Part shown: positions 26,029-38,990 of the stretch, in pieces
Position numbering within the stretch: the stretch's first letter is position 1
Layout: each line of letters starts with the position of its first letter
From: Vicugna vicugna
Lineage: Eukaryota
Reading direction: 5' to 3'
DNA length: 62,000 nucleotides
NCBI GenBank assembly: GCA_013265495.1
Contig: MU057944.1
Span: forward strand, 124,001-186,000
Position numbers and translations under genes: made by a program
The notes under the pieces: model-generated
What the model was told of the DNA's origin: nothing
Databases searched by the model: none
The model's input: only the letters and a program-made list of their open reading frames with translations

Positions 26029-26639
26029 TGGGCCCCTGTAAGGTACCCAAGACACTGCAGCCCTGCTGCTCCCTCAGGGAATGTGAGCAGCCCCTTAAGA
26101 AAGCGCTGTCCTCATTTCACTCTCCCTTTGTGACCCTGGATTTCCGCCTTGGGCATTCAGAGTGGCAGGTTCCAACCGCCCTCTCCCCTCTGCCAACAAA
26201 AGCCAGCTCGTAATCCTGCTTTCCTGCCCGCCCCCTCCATCCTCCAAAGTAATGTCTTTCTTCCCGCATTCTTCCTCTGCTGCTCTGGCCCTGTAGCTCC
26301 TTTCAAAGCAGGCCAGTGGGACTTGGGCCAAGTTCATCAGGAAGGCCCAGGGTGGCTGGGGAGGCAGAGCCTGGAGACCTGCGTGCCCCTAGGGGCCTCA
26401 CTCTTGTTTGCTTACCCCGGTGGCTGCACCTTTGGAGTTCTGTGAAGCTGTCGGGGCTGCCAAGAGGAGGGAGCAGCCTCAGAGATCTCAGAGCCAGTGT
26501 TCTGCCTCCAACTCAGAACCGCCTCTCTGGGAGCCGTCATCACTCCCACCCAGGTCCTGCTCGAGCACCCCTGGGAGACAGCCTGAACTTTTCAGATGCG
26601 TTAAGGGAGGGGATAAGAGCTCTGGTTCTGCCATCAGCT

Positions 26640-26790
26640 CCTCCGCTTTGCATGAGTTGAGGCCAATCTGTGTCTCCATTTCACCATCTGCAAAATGGGC
26701 ACAAGAACAGTAACTACCCAGTAGGGTCATCAGGAGGACTGCATGGCTGTGAGGAGCTTGGGCACTGGGTCTGCCTCACAGGAAGGACCT
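26640..26790 (+). mobile_element. MIR SINE
   Basis: ccatctgcaaaatggg...cagtaactacccagtaggg. Confidence 0.55.
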
Positions 26791-26979
26791 AGCAAGTGGG
26801 TGCAGCCATCCCCATGATGAAGTCTATCTGGCTTCTTCCGTTGTCTGGAAATGGGCAATCAGGGGAAGGAGAGGGATGCTGGCATGGCTGGTTCCGAGAA
26901 GAAAGTCTTCTCACCCGGACCACCATGATTCCAGGGTTGGATGTGATGTCCACCTGGTGTGTTGCACAAACTGTCCACA

Positions 26980-27720
26980 GATGTATTCATCCATCATCTA
27001 CTCTGTGCCAGGCACTGTCCCGAGGGCCAGGGTACAGTGGTGACGAGACAGAGATGGCCCCTGTCTTCAAGTCGCCCACTGGTGGAGAAAGACAACCAAT
27101 GAGTGTTTAACAAATGATCTCGGAGATGCAAAAGTGAGATGACAGAAAGAAAACACAGTAACCAGCTGGTGACACCAGAGGGAGTGGTGCTCCAGGTACG
27201 GTGCTGGGGACAGAGCCCCTCTACAGAGCTGGCATCTGACTGAGACGTGTATGGGCAAAGGGCCTTGGGCACAGGTAGGGCAGGCAGTCAGGCAGAAGGT
27301 GCAGCACGTGTCAAGGCCCTGAGGTAGGAAACAGCTTGGCTTACTCATGAGACAACAGGAAGGCAAGTGGAGATCAGTGAATGAGGGCCAGGATAGGAAA
27401 GGATGGCGTTGAGGATGGTGGTGATGGGCAGGGGTACAGGATGCTCTTTATGACACTGTCAGGCATTCAGAGTTTATCTAAAGCGCAAGGAGAAGACAGT
27501 GGAAGGTTCTAGGCAGGGGTGGGGGGATGTCCCATTGTCAGACTGGTTATAAGTCTGGCTTTTGGGTGGAGACTGGAGAGAAAGAGAGTGAGATGGAGGC
27601 AGGGAGGCCACCGGGAGGCCACTGTGAGAGCCTAGGGGAAAGGGGACGGAGTATCAGCCCAAGCAGACAGAAGTCAGGGTGGTAAGAAGCCGTTGGATTC
27701 AAGATCCGTGTGGAGGGGAA
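26980..27720 (-). mobile_element. L2 LINE fragment
   Basis: ctactctgtgccaggcactgt...tcaaggccctgaggtaggaaacagcttgg...ggaggcagggaggcca. Confidence 0.75.
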
Positions 27721-29119
27721 GCCACCAGGACCTGCTGGAGGGTGGGTCCATCCAGGCCACACCCGAGAACCGCCGCAGTGGGAGAAGCATGCTCACAGCC
27801 CAGCGTCCAAGGTCAGGGTTCAAAGGGCTGTGAAATCTGTGTTCCCGTAGCTGCCTCTTTCCAGCCTGTCTCCCAACAGACAGGGCTGATGTATTTGAGG
27901 AAAGTGATGCACAGAGTTATGGGGACAAGGCCCTGATACCCCAGGGTCCCCTTTCTACCTGGTGCTGCGAGGGTCTCCCGTGGTGGCAGGCCCTGCCCGC
28001 TAATAAAACTGATAAAGGCAGTTTATGCAGGGGAATATAATATGCACCTGTGGAAGCGGCAGGTCCTCTGGGCCTGATAGGGATGCAGGGACCAGCCAAG
28101 CGCTCTGCACCTGGAAAGCCTGTGCTAACAGTCACGTGTGTGTGCTCAGAATCACTGCCTGTGCAAGGATGCAGGGGGTGAACGTGGACTGAGGACATGC
28201 TTTGATGGACATAGTCTTTATAGGCTAGAAATTCCGATGTTCTGAGAACTGCAATTTTTTTTTATCTTCCATGCTATTTCCAAGGGGAGCCTAATATGCA
28301 GCTGGAGTTAGAAAAATATATGTCCTTTTTACCAGCTTTTACAGACATTCTGCAAAAGGGCATCACTGAGCCCAGGCGAATGCAGCCAGCGTCGTTGTCG
28401 GGAGCTCAGTGAGTGGGGGGAGCCCACCCACGGGGAGTGAAGGGTGTGGACAGGTAGACCCTCGGAGCAGGAAATGTCCTCGTTTTGTTATTGTTGTTGT
28501 CATTTGAGGGTTAGAAAATTGAGGCAGTTGTCCTCGTGGACACATAAATTATACATAATCCTTGGGATGCCAGGCTTAGGAAATGCAAGGGGAAAAGCTG
28601 CTGACAGCGTCTCCACGCTTGTTAACTCAAACACAGGATCCGAACTAGACTTTTTGAGGCAGGAGGCTGTAAAGTGGCAAGTTTTGTTCAGTGGCCCTGG
28701 GGCCAGTGCAGCTCCGTGCAGACTTTTCTTTCATCCCAGCCCTGCAGATGGGCACCCTCAGGCCTTGGCAGCTGCGTGGGGTGCTCCTGCTCCGACTGCA
28801 GTGGGCAGGCTTTGCCTCAGGCACTTGGGGGACCAGAGGTCAGGACTCCCCGTCTCCACCACATTTGAGGGTTGAGCAGAGAGAGGATGAAAGCCAGGAG
28901 GCTGAGACGTGCTTAGGTGTCTCTTGGTAGATAAAGATAAGGATGCTGGAGGGTGACGTGTGAATCTACTTGCTGGGCTGAAAGACAGGTGCACCTTGCT
29001 CCCCACCATCCCCAGACACAGGCTTTGTAAAAAAGTTGCTTTGTTTGAAAATCAATTTTAAAACATTGTACTAGAAACAAAATGTCATTAACGAAATCAC
29101 AGTCCTAGTCATCTAACAT

Positions 29120-29290
29120 GAGTTAGTAACATTTATTGAATGTTACTCTGTGGCAGACACCGTTCTAAGTGCTTTACCTGTATTTACTCACTTAACCCAG
29201 TGAGGAGGCAGTAATATTGTTCCATTTTACAGATGAGAAAACGAAAGCCCTGGGATGTTAAGCAATCTGTTAAATGTCATACAGCTGGGG
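29120..29290 (-). mobile_element. MIR SINE
   Basis: aacatttattgaatg...ttctaagtgctttac...ccattttacagatgagaaaac. Confidence 0.75.
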
Positions 29291-29439
29291 CAGGATTCTG
29301 TCCTCATCTCCCACTGTGTCCAGTGTCCGGCACCCGGTAGGCACCCAGGAAATGTTTACACCAGTTACATAAAACTGGCATAAAGGAGGTTGGCTGGTTG
29401 ATTGGTTGGTTAGCTGGGTGATAAGCTACTTGGACTGGT

Positions 29440-29680
29440 GAGGCAGCAAAATCGTTAGGGGCCCTGTCTTGAGTCAGGAGACCCAGGTTCCAACCTCAGC
29501 ACAGCCACTTCCTAGCTGTGTGGCCTTGTGGGAATTACTTCCCCACATGTGCCTCAGTTTTCCTCATTCATAAGATGGGCACAGGAATTGCCCCATCTTG
29601 TAGGGTTTGGGTTGTGGATTAGAGGAGATAAGTTCATATAAAAACCTGGTCGGGGGCAGGTGCTTAGTAATGGTCACTGT
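29440..29680 (+). mobile_element. MIR SINE
   Basis: gccacttcctagctgtgtggccttg...tgtgcctcagttttcctcat. Confidence 0.75.
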
Positions 29681-30404
29681 GATGCCGAGTTCCAGCCGTC
29701 AGGGCAGCTCTGCATGCTAGTTCCAAGCAAGTGACCCTGCACATCAGCTTGTAGGATTCGAGACGTGTGCACACACTCCAGACCACAGCCAGACAGCCCG
29801 TGCACTGGAGAAGCCACAGCTTGGGTCTCTCAGGTGCAAATGGGGTTGTTTTCCATCCATCCGAGATAAGCACATCTTCCTACAGGTGCCACTGGTCCCA
29901 AAGCCGGCTGTTCCCTGTGGGGCAGGAAATGCACTTTGAGTAGAAAAACTCCTACTGGCTTGTCTTGCAGCCACCTGCAAAATAGGACCAAATCCCAAGG
30001 TCCTACATTGGAGAAAGAAATGTCCCGCCAGCCAGCATCCAGGACATCCTCCAAGAGCCTACTAACCAACCATTAATGATAAGGGTGAACCAAAAACTTC
30101 AAGCAAATGTTTAATAAGAAAGTAACATACCATGTGAACTTGGCTTACTATTAGCTGCCCAGTAGAACTTGGATGTGAACGGTGGACAGTTTAACAGTTG
30201 ATGTGATTGCCTTTGAAGTATACTGGGTTTTTTTTTTTCTCTCTCTTTCTCACTCTCTTGTCCCTGAGCAGGGTGACCTTCCTAATTGCTTTGCTTAAGT
30301 GGATGTTAAAACTCATTATCGTTCCTTGACTTGGTTGGCCGTGCTGGGACTGGAGCGTGCCACCCAGGAACACACCTGGTCGTAGGACTCAGAAGTGAGC
30401 CGTG

Positions 30405-31855
30405 CATGAAAACAGACACATGGACAATGGAACAGAATTGAGAGCAGAAATAAATCCATGCATTTACGGTCAACCAACATTTGACAAGGGAGCCAGGAAC
30501 AGTCAGTAGGGAAAGGACTGTCTCTTCAATAAATAGTGTTGGGAAAACTGGATATTCACATGCAAAGGAATGAAAGTGGACCCCTCTCTTATACCACTTA
30601 CAAAAACTAACTCAAAGTGGATTAAGGATGTAAGTGTAAGACCTAAAGCCATAAACCTCCTAGAAGAAAACATGGGGAAAATCTCCTTGACATTGGTCTT
30701 GGCAGTGGATTTTTGGATGTGACACCAAAAACACCAGCAACAAAAGCTGAAATCAACAAATAGGACCACATCACATAAAAAGCTTCCGCACAGCAAAGAA
30801 ATAATCAATGAAAGGAAAAAGCAACCTAGAGAACAGGAGAAAATGTTTGCGAACCACATATGTGATGAGTTAATATCCAAAATACATAAGGAACTCATAC
30901 AACTCAATGGCCAAAAAAGAAAAAAATCCATTTTTAAATGGGCAAAGGAACTGAATAGACATTTTCCAAAGAAGACATACAGATGGTCAATAGGTTTATA
31001 AAAAAGCTCTCAACATCACTAATCATTAGGAAAGTGCAAGTCAAACCCACAGTGAGATATCACTTCATACCTGTTAGAATATTCTGCTATTATCAAAAAT
31101 ACGAGAACTATCAAGTGTTGGCAGGGATGTGGAGAAAAGGGAGTTCTGGTGCACTGTGGGAATGTAAATTGGTGCAGCCACTATGGAAAACAGTATGGAG
31201 GCTCCTCAAAACATTAAAAATAGAACCACCATATGACCCAGCAACCCCACTCCTGGGTATATATCCAAAGGAAATAAAAAAGCTAACTCGAAAAAATATA
31301 TGCACCCTCCTGTTCATTGCAGCATTATTTACGATAACCAAGACATGGAAACAACCTAAATTCAACCTAATTTTTTTTTAATTCAACCATGAAAAAGAAG
31401 GAAATCCTACCATTTGCAATTACACGGCTGAGCCTGGAGGACATTATGCTAAGTGAAGTAAGCCAGGCAGAGGAAGACAAATACCATATGGTATCACTTA
31501 CATGTGGAATCTAAACACAAAAGTCAAACTCACAATAACAAAGAAAATGGTGGTGACCAGGGGCAGGTGGGTAGGGAGGTCTCAAGGTCAGAGGAGGATG
31601 AGGAGATGTTGCTCATAGGAGACAAACTTCCAGTTATAAGAGGAATCAGTTCTGGGGATCTAATGTACAGCATGGTGACCACAGCAATGTCGTATTAAAT
31701 GCTTGAAAGTTGCCAAGAGAGTAGATATTAAGGTGAAGGATGTATTAACTAACCTTGTTACAGTAAGCATTTCACAATACATCCATACACCAAATCATCA
31801 CATTGTACACCGTAAACTTACACAGTGTTACATGTCAATTGTATCTTAATAAAAT
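30405..31855 (+). mobile_element. 5'-truncated L1 (L1MA9-like): disrupted ORF2 C-terminus plus 3' UTR
   Basis: ORF2 peptide [38 protein letters not shown] (30983-31381 ORF); stops and frameshifts; 3' UTR ggggatctaatgtacagcatggtgac; ends tcttaataaaa. Confidence 0.92.
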
Positions 31856-32489
31856 GGGGGTGGGACAGGGGGTTAGGAAGAAAAAAACAAGCCACCACGG
31901 TGCCGCCAGTGACCTGGGGGATGTAACCCAACGCTGAACATGAGTCCAGACTTCATTGCAGAGTCCAGCCATTTTGCTTTCTGTCCTATAAAATGAAAAT
32001 GTTAAAAAGGACTTATTTATATTTTTTCAACATCACAAAATATAAAACGAAGTGTAACAATTGAAAGCCCAAATGATTAGTTGAAACATGCAAGTAATCC
32101 TTAAAATGAAAAATCATCCTGTTTACTGTCTTACCAGCGATCTCATATTTTTCTAGAAGACCAGCTGGCGAACCCTAGACACTCCTCACTGAGGGTAGCT
32201 GGCGATGAAATGATCCCAGGCTGCCCCCAGTCATGGAGACGCTGGCTACGCCTCCCTCTTCTGAAGACCTGGAAGCGGGGTCAGATTGGATGATTCCATC
32301 TGGCAATCTTCCCGCTACTGATGGGCCAACACTTTCCCCTCCTCCCGCCCCCTGCCCCCTGTTGGCAGTTAAAAATGAAGCCCCTGCCCCAGAGGAGTAT
32401 CCTGTCTGTCCGTGTTGGAAAAATGACCCCCCACACACACACACACCAGGAAGTGCCCTGAGACTATGGGACTCAGAGTGTGGCACTCA

Positions 32490-32630
32490 AGAGGGTGTGG
32501 TCCCAGGACCAACAGCATAAGCATCTCCTGGTTGTTACAAAAGCAGAACCTCAGACCCACCCCTGGAACCTGCATTTTAACAAAACCCCAGGAGACACAC
32601 CTGCACAGCGAAGGGTGAGGAGTTCTGAGA
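32490..32630. mobile_element. MER5A MITE
   Basis: gtgtggtcccaggaccaacagcat...aacctgcattttaacaa. Confidence 0.7.
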
Positions 32631-33049
32631 TGACGCCCCAGGAGGGCCAATTGAGTTTGAAAAAAAATGCTCTGGGTATGAGGACAAGGCACAGTTACTC
32701 TGCCCAGGCACGTCCTGACTGCTTCCGGAAACAAGTGTCCCCTGAGATCGGTTGGAAGGGGTAGACGGAAGGGGTTTAATGGAGAACGTTCCAGGCAGGG
32801 GGCACAGAGTGAGCCAAGTCGTGGAGATGCTAGAGTGTGGCGGGGGCTGGCGCAAGGGGCTCAAGCACTGCGAATGGAGATGCGTTTCCAGAAACCTGGC
32901 TCAGCTGCTTCTCACCTGAGTGGAGCAGCTGTTTCTCACCCTCCTCTACCCCCATCCTTCCCCAGAGCCGACCTGCCCACTACAGAACCTCCTGTTTTCA
33001 CCGGTGCTGTGAACTAGACTTTGCTCCATCATCCTGGGCTGGGACTCTA

Positions 33050-33490
33050 TGCGATATCTCACAGCTTCTGCGCTAACTCTGTGCCAGAATTATGCTGGGC
33101 ACCTTACCTGCTTTATTTCGTTTATTCTTAAGGACAACTCATCCAGAAGGTTCTCAAGAGGCAGAAGAGTAGAACAATTGGCAGAGCGTGTGCTAGAGCC
33201 AGACTGCCTGGGTTCACATCCCACCTTCTTTCCTTACTAGCCATCTCCTGGGGAAAGTTAAAGTTAATTTACCTGCCTGTCACAAAGTTTCCTCTGCTAT
33301 CAAATGGAAATAAGAGTAGTCTATACTTTGTAGGGCTTCTGTGAGGATTAAATCCATCACACACAGTTCAGTGCCTTGGCGCATAGTAAATTCTACGTGT
33401 GACAGTTATCACTCATTCTCCCATTGAACAGATGAGGAAACTGAGGCTCTGAGCATTTAAGTGATTCCTCCAAGGTCACAAAGTTAATAC
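33050..33490. mobile_element. Plus-strand MIR (~33160-33410) nested within a minus-strand MIR
   Basis: agagccagactgcctgggttcac...gtgaggattaaa, flanked by tgtgccag... and cagatgaggaaactgaggctc. Confidence 0.65.
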
Positions 33491-33559
33491 TCCACTACCT
33501 TTGCAAGTGTTCCCTATGGGCTGCCTTCTCTCTTCCACTTACCTTGACTTGGAGACCCC

Positions 33560-33830
33560 TTTAACATCCTGCCCACAGTCTCCTCCTCCAACCCCACCTC
33601 CCTCCCTCCCCTGACAGAACCACCTCCCTCCCTCCCCTAACAGAAGACATCTCATCTCGGATGTGTGTCTCTGGGTCTGTTACTGCCACCACACCTTTGC
33701 ATAGGCTGTTCCCTTTGCCCAAAATGCTCACCTCCCCATCTCTTCCTATCCTCACTGCACCTTTCAAAGCCAGGCCAGGTAACACCTCTGTCCTCGAGAC
33801 CCCATGGATGTACCTGGTCAGGGGAATCCC
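33560..33830 (+). mobile_element. L2 fragment
   Basis: cctttgcataggctgttccctttgcccaaaatgct. Confidence 0.55.
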
Positions 33831-33992
33831 CCCTCTGCATTCCCTCAGCTGACCACCCCCACGCACCTAGAGGGCAAGGCTTTTACACATCCAGGCTTTC
33901 TTCCACTTTGCCTAAACGATGCTCAGTACGCAATCAGTCCCTGGCGTAGGTGACCCTCCCTCTCAGGTTCCTGACCTGGAGTCTCTTGATTC

Positions 33993-34217
33993 GAGGGTTT
34001 CTCAGCCTCAGCACTGCTGAAGTTTGGGGCCAGATAATTCTTTGTTGGGAGGGTGGGGGTGCTGTCCTGTGCCTTGTAGGATGTTCAGCAGCATCCTTGG
34101 CCTCTACTCACTGGATGCCAGTAGTAAACCCCTCCCCAATTATGACAACCAAAAATGTCTCCAGATGTAGCCAGATATCCCCTGTGGGGCAAAACTGCCC
34201 CCCTTGAGAACCAATGA
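33993..34217. mobile_element. MER20 (near full length)
   Basis: gggtttctcagcctcagcactgctgaagtttggggccagataattctttgttg...gggcaaaactgccccccttgagaacca. Confidence 0.9.
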
Positions 34218-34282
34218 TAACCAGAATTTCCCCCGCAGTGACCAGGATGAGAAAGGGGGTGACTTTAAAATGGGAGGCTGCA

Positions 34283-34566
34283 GATCAGGGTTTGAAATCC
34301 CCAAACCCATATGCAGGGAGGTCATAGACCAGGAAGGGTGGTGGGACATGGTGAACAAGAGGGAGCGTACCCCCTCATGCCAGTTACTACCAGGTGGAAA
34401 TGTGGTCCAGCTTTTGCCAAATCTTGAGACTCTTTCAAAGAAGCCAGAAATCTTGTCTTTTATGTGAAACTCCCCAATTCTTAAATGTTGACAACTAATG
34501 TGAATTTTTTTATAAAACATTGTGGGAAAAACAGAATATGTCTGTGAGCCAAATGTGGGCTTTGCA
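34283..34566. mobile_element. MER102-like (Charlie8-derived) element
   Basis: ttgccaaatct...aagaagccagaaatc...ttttatgtgaaactccc...aaatgttgacaactaat. Confidence 0.7.
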
Positions 34567-34682
34567 CATACTCGGGCCCAAAAGAAGCCTCAATAAATTT
34601 AAGAGGATAGAAATTATTTCAAGAATCTTCTCCGACCACAGTGGCATGAAACTAGAAATCAACCACACAGAACAACAAATGA
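34567..34682 (+). mobile_element. Internal L1 ORF2 endonuclease-domain fragment between 17-bp direct repeats
   Basis: Encodes HILGPKRSLNKFKRIEIISRIFSDHSGMKLEINH (L1 EN SDH motif); CAAATGTGGGCTTTGCA at 34550-34566 and 34683-34699. Confidence 0.85.
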
Positions 34683-35849
34683 CAAATGTGGGCTTTGCAA
34701 CCTTTCCTGTGGACCAAGCTTCTATCCTAGAAGCTTTGGGCAGCTCGGCTCCCTGCCTCCCCCAGGCCTGAGGGTCCCCTTTCTCTCTGCAGTGGTTTGC
34801 ATCTTAGGCACCATGCACAAGCCGTGTGCTAGAACTCTGGACCACACAGACAGCCCCTGCCCATGTGGGCCACTCCATCCCCCTCCTAAAGCCCCATCCA
34901 AAGAATTGGAGGGGTCTAAATTCCTGAGGGTCAGAGAATACAGGAAGTACCCCAGGAAGGGGGTCAAGAAGCCTGAGTTCTCACCCAGCTCTGGCATTGA
35001 TTTGCTGTGTGACTTTGGGCAATCACTCCCCCTTTCTGGGCTGTAGTGTCCTCCTCTATCAAATGTTTGTAGGATGGAGGAAGAGAAGGGAGGATGAAGG
35101 CATGTTCTCTGTTCCTGGAACTTGAATGAGTATCTCCTCTTGGCAGCACAGAGCCCCGCCTGGCTTAGCCAGTGCCCGGCGGGCATTCTTGTCCTGAGAT
35201 TGACCTGGGCAGGGAAAAGCTGGCTCCACTTCCCAGCTCAGTAATCCTGCATTTCAGAGCGGGGAGTGTCTGGGTCTTCCCTGATGGACGCTGTTCTCTG
35301 TGCAATTAAGTTACTGATGCTGGAGGCTGCTTCAAGGGAGGGACCCGCTGTTCTGTCACTGGGAAGGGTCCGACTTCGGCCCCTGCAGGTGCTGATGACA
35401 AAGCTCTGGGTTAGTGAGACCACCTCCCTGCCAAGGGGCGCTCACAGCCACAGGGTGGCTCAGGCGGGTAACCCTGCACCTGGCCTGTCTGCAGTCCCTA
35501 GGACCGTTTCCCAGTGGGCTCTGCAGCTGCGAGGAGCCTTCGTTAGGCTGATAGGAGTGGAGGGCTTCTGGGGGATCTTTTTCTCCAACCTAATTGTGTA
35601 GATGGGGAAACTGAGGCTTAGGGGGGGAAAGGGTCAGCTCAAGGTCACACAAGCAAAAGAACAGACACCCACATCTCCTGACTCCCTGTCCAGGGCTCCT
35701 TCTGATCTAACATCAGGCTCTCCCGGAAGTGGGCACTGGTGAGATGTGCAGGAGTCACAGATAGACAGAGAGACAGAAAAAGACCAGTGGTTGTGGGCTT
35801 CATGCCTTGAGCGCCCAGGCGGGTCACCTACAGGGGCGAGGGAGCAGGG

Positions 35850-36110
35850 GTAAGACAATACGGGAGCGGTGAGGAAGACAGGAAGTGGGTGGGGTGCACT
35901 GTCACCATGTGGGATGGAAGAGGGGGTTCTATCACCAGATCTCCTGGTTTTTCCAAAACAAAGCAAAACATCTGAATTTTGGGGTGTAACTTATCCACGT
36001 TTTTAAGTGTTGGCAACTAATTTTTTAAATGCTTTTTGGTGGAGTACTAGGCAAAGAAAACACCTTCACAGGCCACAGCTGGCTCTAGGGCCACCAGTTT
36101 GCAGCCTCTC
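35850..36110. mobile_element. MER102-like element
   Basis: ttttaagtgttggcaactaat...gggccaccagtttgcagcctct terminus. Confidence 0.65.
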
Positions 36111-36203
36111 CTCACTTCTCTTACCCTCAGTTTACTTTGCTTTAAAATGGGTATCATAGCAGTACCCCTCTCTCTAGGGCAGCTGAGGGATTACATAAGA
36201 TAA

Positions 36204-36219
36204 GGCCACTAGAGGGCCC
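36204..36219 (+). promoter_or_regulatory. Candidate CTCF motif
   Basis: GGCCACTAGAGGGCCC; 12/13 match to CCASYAGRKGGCR; motif only. Confidence 0.35.
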
Positions 36220-37264
36220 GTCATTCCTCTGGGCCCACAGTAAAGACACGGGACGCTTAGGGAAAATGGGAAGGGGCTTGTTAAGTTTAGCACAGGCGAC
36301 TGGGAGACCCTGAGCCAGAACCCAAGATCTTCCCATCAATCCACAAATTCGAGTGTGTGCTTGCTGTGTGCCTGGTGCTATGGATATAATTTAAGACCCT
36401 GACCTTGCCTTGAATTTACAGGGGGGCTGGGATAAGGCCCACCCAGCAGCTCGTGGGGTTGTCCTTCACTCTAGGAATCCCCAGGTATCCCTCCCCTGGG
36501 CCCCTGATCTGGGAGAAACGTTCTACTTTCAAGGGTCAGGTCTTTTAAAAACAAGAAGAATGCAACTTCTTTCACATTGGAAAACACATTTCTCTGCTCG
36601 TGTGTCTCAATGAGAAACTTCAGGCGGGCGATGCCTGCGTATCTGACAAATCTGCCTCTCAAAACCAGTTCCAAAGATATTTAAAAGACAATGCTGGGAA
36701 AAGAAGAATTCAGAACAAATTGTAATGAGTCCCTTTGGGACTAGAGGCCATTGTCGATTTCTGATAAGGTTACTTCCTGGTGTCCAGGGTGCAGAATGTT
36801 CTACTTCTTCCCGGGCTTGGCCCCCACCGGGGCCACTGGGGGGCAGAGTCAGGCCCGTTCCTGGCTTTGCTGGGGGCCCTTGAAGTCACGAAACCCCTAA
36901 TCTGCTCGTGTGGTGGTGATGAATGCCGTGCGTGCTCTGCCTTCAGGGTCGGAGAAGCCTGGAGTCTGAGACAAGCCTAAGTTCTGGCGGGCGGGCAGGC
37001 AGGTAAAGCTCGTAATTACAGGAAAGCAACCTGGGGCATGTGCGGACAGGCCTCCGGAGCCCAGGCAGGTGGCCTCTTGACAAGCAAGGGCCCCAGAGTA
37101 TGGACTCTGGGTGCCAAAATCCATCGAGGTGGGGGAGGGGCGGTTATGTAATGGCGATGCCACAGCCACTGAAAAAATGACCTTGCTACGCTCCACTGCC
37201 TCGTTCCTCCCCACTCAGAAGGACACAAAGACCCAGCAGTCCTTCCTCCAGGCATGGCAGTGGC

Positions 37265-37440
37265 CCTCAACTTTATCAGCTTCAGGGTTACCTGGAGACG
37301 GCTAAAACAGACTGTCAGGCCCCACCCCCAAGTTTCTGGCTCAGGAGGCGGGGATGAGGCAGATAATTTGCATTTCTCATAAATGCGCAGGGAGGGTGCT
37401 GATACAGCTAGTCTAGGGGCCACAGTTTGAGAACCACTGC
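37265..37440. mobile_element. MER5A MITE
   Basis: ggccccacccccaagtttctg...atttgcatttct...cacagtttgagaaccactgc. Confidence 0.8.
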
Positions 37441-38789
37441 TCTAGGGCTTCATGAAGTCAGTCTGCTTGGGCCCCTGATTTGCTGTGTGCCTCTAGGCAA
37501 GTATCTGAGCCTCTCTGGACGTCTGTTTTTCTCCGAAGGAGAAGCTAGCTTTGGCTTTGAACAGAAAAACCTCCCTCGGTGTTGAGATGCCTAATTACTA
37601 TTTGCAGGTAGTTCAGAGACCTTCATGTGAAAGGCCCAGGCCTTGGCACAAGGTTCTTACTCCATGGTTCCTACTTGCTTGTGGCCCCTGTTAAGAGCGG
37701 TTGCTTTAGGAGAGATTGGCACTTAAAGCCTTAAAGGAACAGGACAGGACAGCCTCCCTGTGCCTCAGTGCTCACCCTGCATGCATGAATCTTGAAGCCA
37801 ATCTCTAGCCTGGTCTTTGGGCATCTTGCTTCCCCAGGGAGGTGAGTGGCAGGAGCTCATCGCTGTCCCAGTGGTAAGGCATCTGTGGCACCGAGAGTTA
37901 TAATCCAAGTCATGTCTGCCAGCGGTCCTCCTTTGTCAACTGAACGTCCAAGAGGACTGTGAGCTCTCTGCACGCAGGGTCCTCTTGCCTTTCCCCACAG
38001 AACCTAGGACAGGAGTGGGCTCACAGCAGATGCCGAGTGCAGACTGATGGAATGAAATGAACAAGCAAATAAACAAATGGTTCCTTAACTGAGCAGCCCC
38101 GAAGCCTGGCTATCTCTCTGGCCCTCTGCAGTTACGTGGGCTTTTCCACCTCTGGTCTCCTCTGTTCCTCACAGAACAGTCTTGAGGATATAGGCAAGTA
38201 TTCTTATCCCCATTTCACAAGTGGGAAAACTGAGGCTCCGGGAAGGAGGCCTGACTTGCCCAACTTAACTAGTACGTACAGGGCAGTAGCAGAAAGAAAA
38301 GCGAAGAACTCCGTGCCATAGACCCTTGCCACAGCTTCTCCCAAGGATAATCAGTTTTCTTTCCCATGTCCCTGTAAGAGCCATTCTGCAGGTAATGGCC
38401 ATGGGAGAGGGGTGAATAGGAGTCCAGGCCCTTCCTAGTTCTGGGGAGGGACGAATAGTTTCTCCTTTGCAGAAATTGCCAGTGTTTCCAGGAGGCCAGC
38501 CTTAAGCCCACTGGGTGTCACGTGCTGGTACACCCCAGGTGCCCATGGCAGGCTAGACTGCATGGTGCTTTACCTCTGAGCCCAGGACTGTGCCTGGCAT
38601 GTGGTTGGTACACTATCAGTGTTTGTTGAGTCAATGAGTAAATAACTGAAGAATAACTGAAGACAGACGTGGTTGAAATACTGGGTCTAAACTTGCCAGC
38701 TGTCTGACCTTACAAATCTTTTCACCTCTCGAATCCTTGGTTTCTTCAACTGTAAAATCAGAATAACAATTTTTATAATAATTTTTTAA

Positions 38790-38990
38790 ATGGCATAATA
38801 ATTAAGAGAAATGGCTCTGAAGCCAGAACTGCCTGCCTCTGAATCCTGGCTCCATCCTGTTCTACTGTGTGACCTCAGACGAGCTACTAAACCTCTCTGT
38901 TTCTTGCTTCCTCATTGATAAAGTGAGGGTTGTGATAGTACTTACATAGTGTTGTGAGGATTAAAATGAGCTAATATGTGTAAAGTGCTC
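38790..38990 (+). mobile_element. MIR SINE (within a cluster of MIR/L2 fragments, 38130-39120)
   Basis: tgtgtgacctcag...aacctctctgt...gttgtgaggattaaaatgagctaatatgtgtaaagtgct. Confidence 0.75.

Noticed and set aside
30503..31381. ORFs of 84-142 aa on both strands
   Set aside because: Sense and antisense readings of a decayed L1 ORF2, not host genes
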